A stretch of 64,000 bases of DNA from Octopus vulgaris (Eukaryota): the NCBI GenBank assembly GCA_951406725.2, contig OX597826.1, positions 50,840,001 through 50,904,000 of the forward strand, written 5' to 3'. How positions within the stretch are numbered: position 1 is the stretch's first letter; every line of letters starts with the position of its first letter. Positions 57,542-64,000 of the stretch are shown here, piece by piece. The translations under genes were made by a program, and so were the position numbers. A model generated the notes under the pieces. The model was not told the DNA's origin. It made no database searches and saw only the letters and a list, made by a program, of their open reading frames with translations.

Positions 57542-57705
57542 TAGGAGGAGAATTCACAAAAGAAACAACTACAAAAGACGAAAACATGTGATGTAGACAG
57601 CAAACAGATGTATTATTATAACGCTCGGGAAGTGAAAAAGTCTTTAACGTTTCGAGCCTACGCTCTTCCACAGAAAGGAACACAGAAAGAAACAAGGAGA
57701 GAAAA
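57542..57705 (-). repeat. Second copy of the 24953 pLTR-like repeat
   Basis: Identical AAAAAGTCTTTAACGTTTCGAGCCTACGCTCTTCCACAGAAAGGAACACAGAAAGAAACAAGGAGAG block. Confidence 0.8.
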
Positions 57706-59079
57706 TAAAGAGAGAAAATAAAGAAGAGAAAATAAAGAAGGAGAGAAAATAAAGAGAGAAAATGTATATATAAAATCATATAATATAATATCCTTCAAGT
57801 TCGTTTACGGAATACAAACGAATGGATTTTAAATGTTGTGACTGTTGTTTCACTAAGAATCTTTATTTTGATGCAAGAAAAATAAAATGCATTATGAAAC
57901 TCTCATGTTCATCAGCTAATATTTAAACAGTGATATAATGACTTGTTGAGTAAGCGTCTGATTCCCAGCAAGTGGAGTTACCAACGAATGCAGTCATATA
58001 TAAGATGTACAAAGCGGATTTAAGAATAGTACAGAGCAAGTAGAGGAATTATAAATTTACCGTTATCGACTTTAAGATAAAAGAAAATCAGAGTAGAATA
58101 AAATTCAAATTTTGTGTTCGATGTAGCTCGTCCGGCCCTTTTGTACATCAGCAGATAAGTTTTACTTTATCTGTATATACTTCAGGCCAGCGATTCGAAT
58201 TTATTTCGAATGGGAATCGAGTATACGGCTCTGTGAGTCAGAAGTAACTGCGAAATATCGATATTTGTCGTTCCCTTTCACTTCCGGGGTAATTCGGTTC
58301 GTCTGATTTGAGGTATACTGTGCTTTTCAAACACTCTACGTTTTTAAAGGGCCTTTCCCTGGACGAAATACCGCAGCCCTAACGCATTTTAACATTAAAT
58401 AACTTTCATTGATAATATTTATATTACGAAGCTGCTTCTAATACAAAATTTGAACATACGTATATATATATATACACACACATATGTATACACGCATACG
58501 CACATACGTACACCCGCAAAGCCTTGCCCCTGGCATCAACATTATATTTTCTAAAGCCCAATACAACGGAAACATTGCTGCCATCAATCGGTTTGTGTTT
58601 CCAGGCATAAATAATATATTTAGATATCTCTTGAAAATTTACACGATTTTAAGCCGGATGATCGGTTTGTTTTGTACGGAAGAAATACTTTTGGATGGAG
58701 CTTAATGATTCAGGTTTCCTTGGTAATTGCTGAAGAAATAATAATAATTAGCTTTAATCCTAGCATCGCACATTTTGAATTAGCCATCATCATATCTTGC
58801 AACTGATGAACTTTATATAATTGTTGTTAATGTTTTTTTCTTATTATTTTACTCTTAGCTGATTAAATAAATCGTCATTTTCAGCTGTTTATTTATTAAT
58901 TATAAGAAATTATGGATGGGTTGCTTTATTTGCGCTTGCTAAAGATATGGGAAGATGTGATATTCATGCTTTTCCCTAGAGGTGCGTTCGATCCTACTGT
59001 GTAGCACCTTAAGCACGTGTATTGCTTTTATCCTCGCCTATAGGGTTGAGTAACTCAAGTTGTGCGAGTGAAACCAAGG

Positions 59080-59290
59080 TAGACCACAAATTCTTAACTT
59101 GGGGTGCCCTCACCTCTGGGTCTGAGGTTCCAGTAGGGGTGGCAAAGGGGTGGGGGAGAAATATACGCTTTATTAAAATCGGTTTTCTGAATAAAATTAT
59201 TAATAAATTTTTTAAAAATAATTTTGTTCTATAAAGCGCACCAAGAACTTTATTAAAAGTCTTGTTTTGCAAGTTTAATTTATTCAACCA
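59080..59290. mobile_element. Possible decayed hAT-type MITE end
   Basis: TAGACCACAAATTCTTAACTTGGGG plus G-rich subterminal runs; partner end not found. Confidence 0.25.
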
Positions 59291-60660
59291 TAGGACTGTA
59301 TGTGGTTTAATTAAAATACAACTAAATTAGTTTATTAAAAATTGACACTTCTATCTTCAAATGATCCAGAATTCATTAAGAGCGTGGAGGATGACACAGT
59401 AGGTCACGCATAGAAACGTGATTTGACTTGATGGTTGGCAGTGTTAAGAAATCGCCATGTTGTTTTTATTATATTCTGAGTAATTTATTGTGGCTTTTCT
59501 CTAGGAAAGCAACCTGTTGTTCGATGTAATTCTTTTAAAAGTCAGCGTGTTTGAGGGTTTCTTGTTGTTTTCTTTAGTCAATTGCAGCGATGGAACTGCT
59601 TTTATGGACGTTCGTTTGTCAACCCTTTGAACTCACAAGTACGTTTTAGCGGGTTCAAATTTGACTAAGACACAAAAGCAGGTGGCCACATGATTTTGTG
59701 TGTAATGCTCGCTAATTGAAAGAAATATCGTTATTTTCAGCTTCAAACTCAAAACCATGAGGCCACCCACTTTGCGTCTTAGTCAAACGAAATCCCTCTG
59801 AAGCTGACTCGCAAATTTCAAAGGTTAATTAAGTCTGGTGTTAAACACATCCGTAACAACATAATTGACTTAACGACTTGTGGTAACGTTGGTTGGGTTG
59901 TCTGAGTGACATTAGTATCAAGTGCCATGTTGAATCATAAATTCCAACCTTAGTGTAAAAAAATGTTAGCAATTTAATCGTAAAAAAGGGGAAATTTTGC
60001 TATTTTCCCATTTAACAACATCACCTGGCTTGCGTAGGAACAGTAACTCGAATTGGTAAAATAGTCGAGCCGCAACTGCAGACCTCCATCAACGAATTTT
60101 GATCTCACAAATGAGAATCTCAATATTTTCAGATTGAAAAACATGTTGGAAAAATCTACCTTGATTCAACGTCGTACAAATCGACTAGTACCTAGACAGA
60201 GTCTCCAGAAAAGCTTGATGAATTAATACCGAATCAATGTTTACCATTCTATCATATACACTCAATAACAGCAATGAAGTAATTGAATTTAATAATGCTA
60301 TACCATCACACCCTTATCTAATAGTTGAAGTGTTTATTTTTCTTGTTTTTACGCTGCATTGGTTGGTTCCAAGCCACTTGTTGAGATTATACCAAGGAGG
60401 TCAGACGCGTATACTTATTCAGATCACTTGACTTTTTATTATCAAGGATTTCTTTGTTTACAACATCCAGTGTTTTTTTTTTACATCGCCTTCCTATTCA
60501 TTTTATTTTATTTAGGTCTTTTGTCTAGCATTGTTTACAATCTTTCCAGTTTATTTATCTAGGCCATGACATACAATATGAAGTTTATGTTTATTATCAG
60601 CTATTGTTACTCGTTCATTAACTAACTCCACCTCAAAATAATTACTGTAAATTAAGATTA

Positions 60661-62819
60661 CAGCAATCCCTCGACTATTGCGAGTGTTACATTCCCCCCC
60701 CCCACCCGCGATATGTGGAAATCCGCGAAGTAGAAACAGTACTGTACTGTATATTTTCATTTTTATAATTTGTATTATGTATTTTCTTCCTTTTATATAT
60801 TTGAGCTTTTAAAACTATCCCCCCACTCTTAGGAGTACACGTGTCTTCTCTTTTTTTGGGGAGTGAGGAACATAGTGATGGGCAGTTGCTGGCTCTGCCT
60901 TTTCTTCTGTGTAAGGAGGTTTTTATCAACTTTCATGACTCCGTCGAATGCATTTCTGAACTGCAAAGCACGATTCATCTGGGGGTCCCAATCTTCCGCC
61001 CTTCTCTGAAGTTATTTTGCCGTTTTTGCTAGAGTTCAGAGGCGTTCTAGTGATAGGCTGATTTCTTCTTCTTCCCCTAGATCCACTTGTTCTTGTTCTT
61101 CTTCCTCACTTGCTGACTTCGTCATCTCTGTCAGATCTTCATCCGTTAATAGATCTGAGTGGGCCTCGGTCAGGTTATTGTCGTCTTCAGTGGTCATATC
61201 GGTGAAGCCATCTCCTCCTAGCAATTTCGCCAGCTTCACTGCCTTATCTACTGCGGAGTGGTGGATTTCGTCAGGAGAAAACCCTTTATAGTCGTGGACC
61301 GCTTCTGGCTACAATTTCTTCCAGTTGGCATTCAAAATTTCATTCTTCATCTCCTTTATAGCCTTCTGAATATTTTGGAGGCACGTTGCAATGATGTACT
61401 CACGCCAGTACTTCAGCGAGAAGTTATCATCCGAATCCATAGCTTCGACTAGGTGTTGCAGGGAGTTTCGCGTACAGAGCGCCTTAAACGCACGAATAAT
61501 GATCTATGGGCTGGATAAGCGATATGGTGTTCGGCGGCAAGAATTCGATTTGTACACCCTCATACGACAGGTCGAGCGCGTGACCTCCAGCATTGTCCAT
61601 TTGGAGACGCACTTTGAATTCCAGTCCTTTTTCGGCGAGAGAAACCTTGACTTTGGGGGATGAAGCACTGGTAAAACCAATCCGATGTCAGTGGTTTCGT
61701 TACCTATGCCTTCTGGTTGTGCATCCAATGTACTAGCAGAAGATTCTTATTTTTGTTTTGAGGGCCCTTGGGTTTTTGGACTTCTAAATAAGTTATGGAC
61801 TTATAAATTATCATAACGTCCACAGCATTTCCACACATTATAATTGTGACGCGATCTTTGTACGTCTTAAATCCAGGAGTTCTTGCCTCTTCCTTTATAA
61901 TGAAAGTCCGCGATGGCATCCGTTTCCAAAAGAGGCCAGTCTCATCCATATTGAAAATTTATTCACGCGAATATCCCCTTTCCTCGACGATGGTTTTGAA
62001 CGTCTCGTTCACGTCCTCTTCAGCAGAAGTAGCTTCTCCAAGCAGGGACACACTCTTAAGGTTGAACCTCTTTTGAAATTTATCAAAAGAACCCTTGCCG
62101 GTTGGTTTGGTAGGAGATGCCGTAGATGGTCCTGGTTCAGGGTCGTCTGGATCGTCGTCACCGCCATCCGTAAACTTACCGTACAGCTTCCTGGCCTTCT
62201 CACAGATGGTGTTGGTGACCAGTGCAATGTTCTTCCTGTAGTCACTATTCCAAAGAGCTAATATAGACTCCATCCTTACGGTGGCCTTATTATGGGAAGT
62301 TACCACCGTTTTTGCTGTCTTGTAAAAAGTCACTCTTGCTGTCGCCCTTATATTTTTCCGTCCTTCTTGAGGTAGCAAACGGTAGATTCATTGATGCCAG
62401 AATGGTGGCCTACATCCGCATACCTTCTCTCTTCCTTATGCATGTCGAGGAGTCTCACGTTTTCTGCAATAGTAGGCATCTTTCTCTGGCACTTGGGTTC
62501 ACTGCCAGGAGCCTTAGAATGTGCAGAGCGTTTGGGCGACATAGTAAGGCTTGAAATAAATTCACAATTCTACACACAAATGTAAAACACCACCACACAC
62601 TCTCTTACAATAGGACAAATTTGTATTATTTAATTAATTTTTAGGCGTGAACATACTTATTTTACCACAGAAATAATTAAAATCTAAAAATATATAAATA
62701 CCGCAGAAACTCGCGATATTCTGAGGAGTCCGCGATATAAATTTACATATATTAGCCAGAAAAATCCGCGATGTACTGAGGGCGCGATAGGTGAACCGCA
62801 AAATGGCGAGTGATTACTG
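60661..62819 (-). mobile_element. Full-length decayed Tigger/pogo transposon
   Basis: TA|CAGCAATCCCTCG...CGAGTGATTACTG|TA; MSPKRS..GINESTV HTH, MDETGLFWKRMPSRTF, MDNAGGH, FLPPNTISLIQP; many frameshifts. Confidence 0.93.
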
Positions 62820-63059
62820 TATTGCTTATAATGTGAAACAATAAACACAAACGTATCATAGTTGGCATACTTGTTTAGGAAATGAAATCAACGGTCGTTG
62901 TGATGGCTTGACCCGCAAGAAACAGCAGCTAAATCACAACCTGTCTTGCAAAAAAGGACATAGTTAAAGATGCTTTTTTTTTGTGGTGTAAGTCAGGAAG
63001 AAAGGGCTAGCTATCGCCATGTATTTTGCAATCCTTTCTAGACCTGTCAGGTTGTTATG

Positions 63060-63290
63060 GTCGATGACAAATGATGATTGTTGGATAATCATGGGTGGAA
63101 GATAGAAAGGGTGGAAGTCAATTCCAGATGGTTGGTGTATAGGGGAGAAAAGGATTGGGTATATTGAATGTTGGTGTGGTCTGGGTGTTGAGAAATAAAT
63201 TGATCAACGAGAGGAGGTGAGGTGGATGTATCGTGTGGGCTTGAGTGGGTGTGGCTGGTGTTTGGAAAAAAGGGATCTCTTGGATCATAA
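63060..63290 (-). mobile_element. Possible CR1/L2-like LINE C-terminal fragment
   Basis: YTQSFSP followed by a frameshifted WN*LP motif. Confidence 0.4.
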
Positions 63291-63579
63291 ATCTGCTTCA
63301 TTAGGAGCTAAACAACAACAAAAACTACAGCAGCAGCAGCAGCAGCAGCAGCAATATCAGCAACAGCAACAACATCAACAGCAACAGTAACAACAAGAAT
63401 AACAAAAGCTGCTTATAAGAAATCGAATACAAACTCCTACAAGGCTGGGTGTTGCTCCGAAAACCCTTTAATTTCATGTTTCAATCAGGTTCAAAAGATA
63501 TTCTTCAGATATGAGGAACTGATAGAGAAATCGCAAATCATAAAACTGATTCCTTAAACTGAAGGCCAAAAGTTTGCAT

Positions 63580-63758
<179 letters not shown>

Positions 63759-64000
63759 GCCATTTAACATTCATGCATGCCTAATCAGATCTATTAAATG
63801 CGTAACTGACCGTCGTATGTGATCGGATGTCGTCTCAGTTTTGCATTACAAATATTAATGTTGAATGTTAGAATCAACACTAATGTATTGTTGTTGTTAT
63901 TGTTATTGTTGTTTAGCTCTCGGTCAGCCCTGATCACGTAGACCTCTGGTCAAATACATATCAGAGTCTACACACACGAAAGAAACTCACTTACGTAAAA

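Noticed and set aside
58186-58232. Possible 47-nt exon (TTCAG|...|GTGAGT)
   Set aside because: Splice-like words only; no recognisable peptide or partner exons.

Overview
AT-rich, repeat-saturated eukaryotic DNA with no recognisable intact host gene. It is most likely an intron or gene desert of an octopus genome; this is inferred from the SINE families and microsatellite load, not from a database search. Most ORFs in the track are microsatellite or SINE translations. Real coding signal is limited to decayed transposon relics: Tc1, DD37D/maT, mariner, Tigger/pogo, Helitron PIF1 helicase, R4/Dong RT, RTE and CR1-like ends. Three tRNA-derived SINE families occur in dozens of copies, alongside GG...CC MITEs with 8-bp TSDs, a hAT MITE, non-autonomous Helitrons and a U6 pseudogene fused to a SINE. 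The most interesting signals are: (1) four unrelated (TA)n-adjacent elements carrying the hammerhead core boxes in permuted order (CGAAA...24-31 nt...CUGANGA); (2) a hammerhead-like variant with CUGUGGA in a repeated element; (3) a foldback MITE carrying TTAGGG repeats in its loop; (4) a twin-priming-type inverted RTE; (5) recurrent SINE-into-SINE junctions at fixed sites; (6) a high density of long palindromes. Coordinates were read by eye, and boundaries of decayed elements are approximate.
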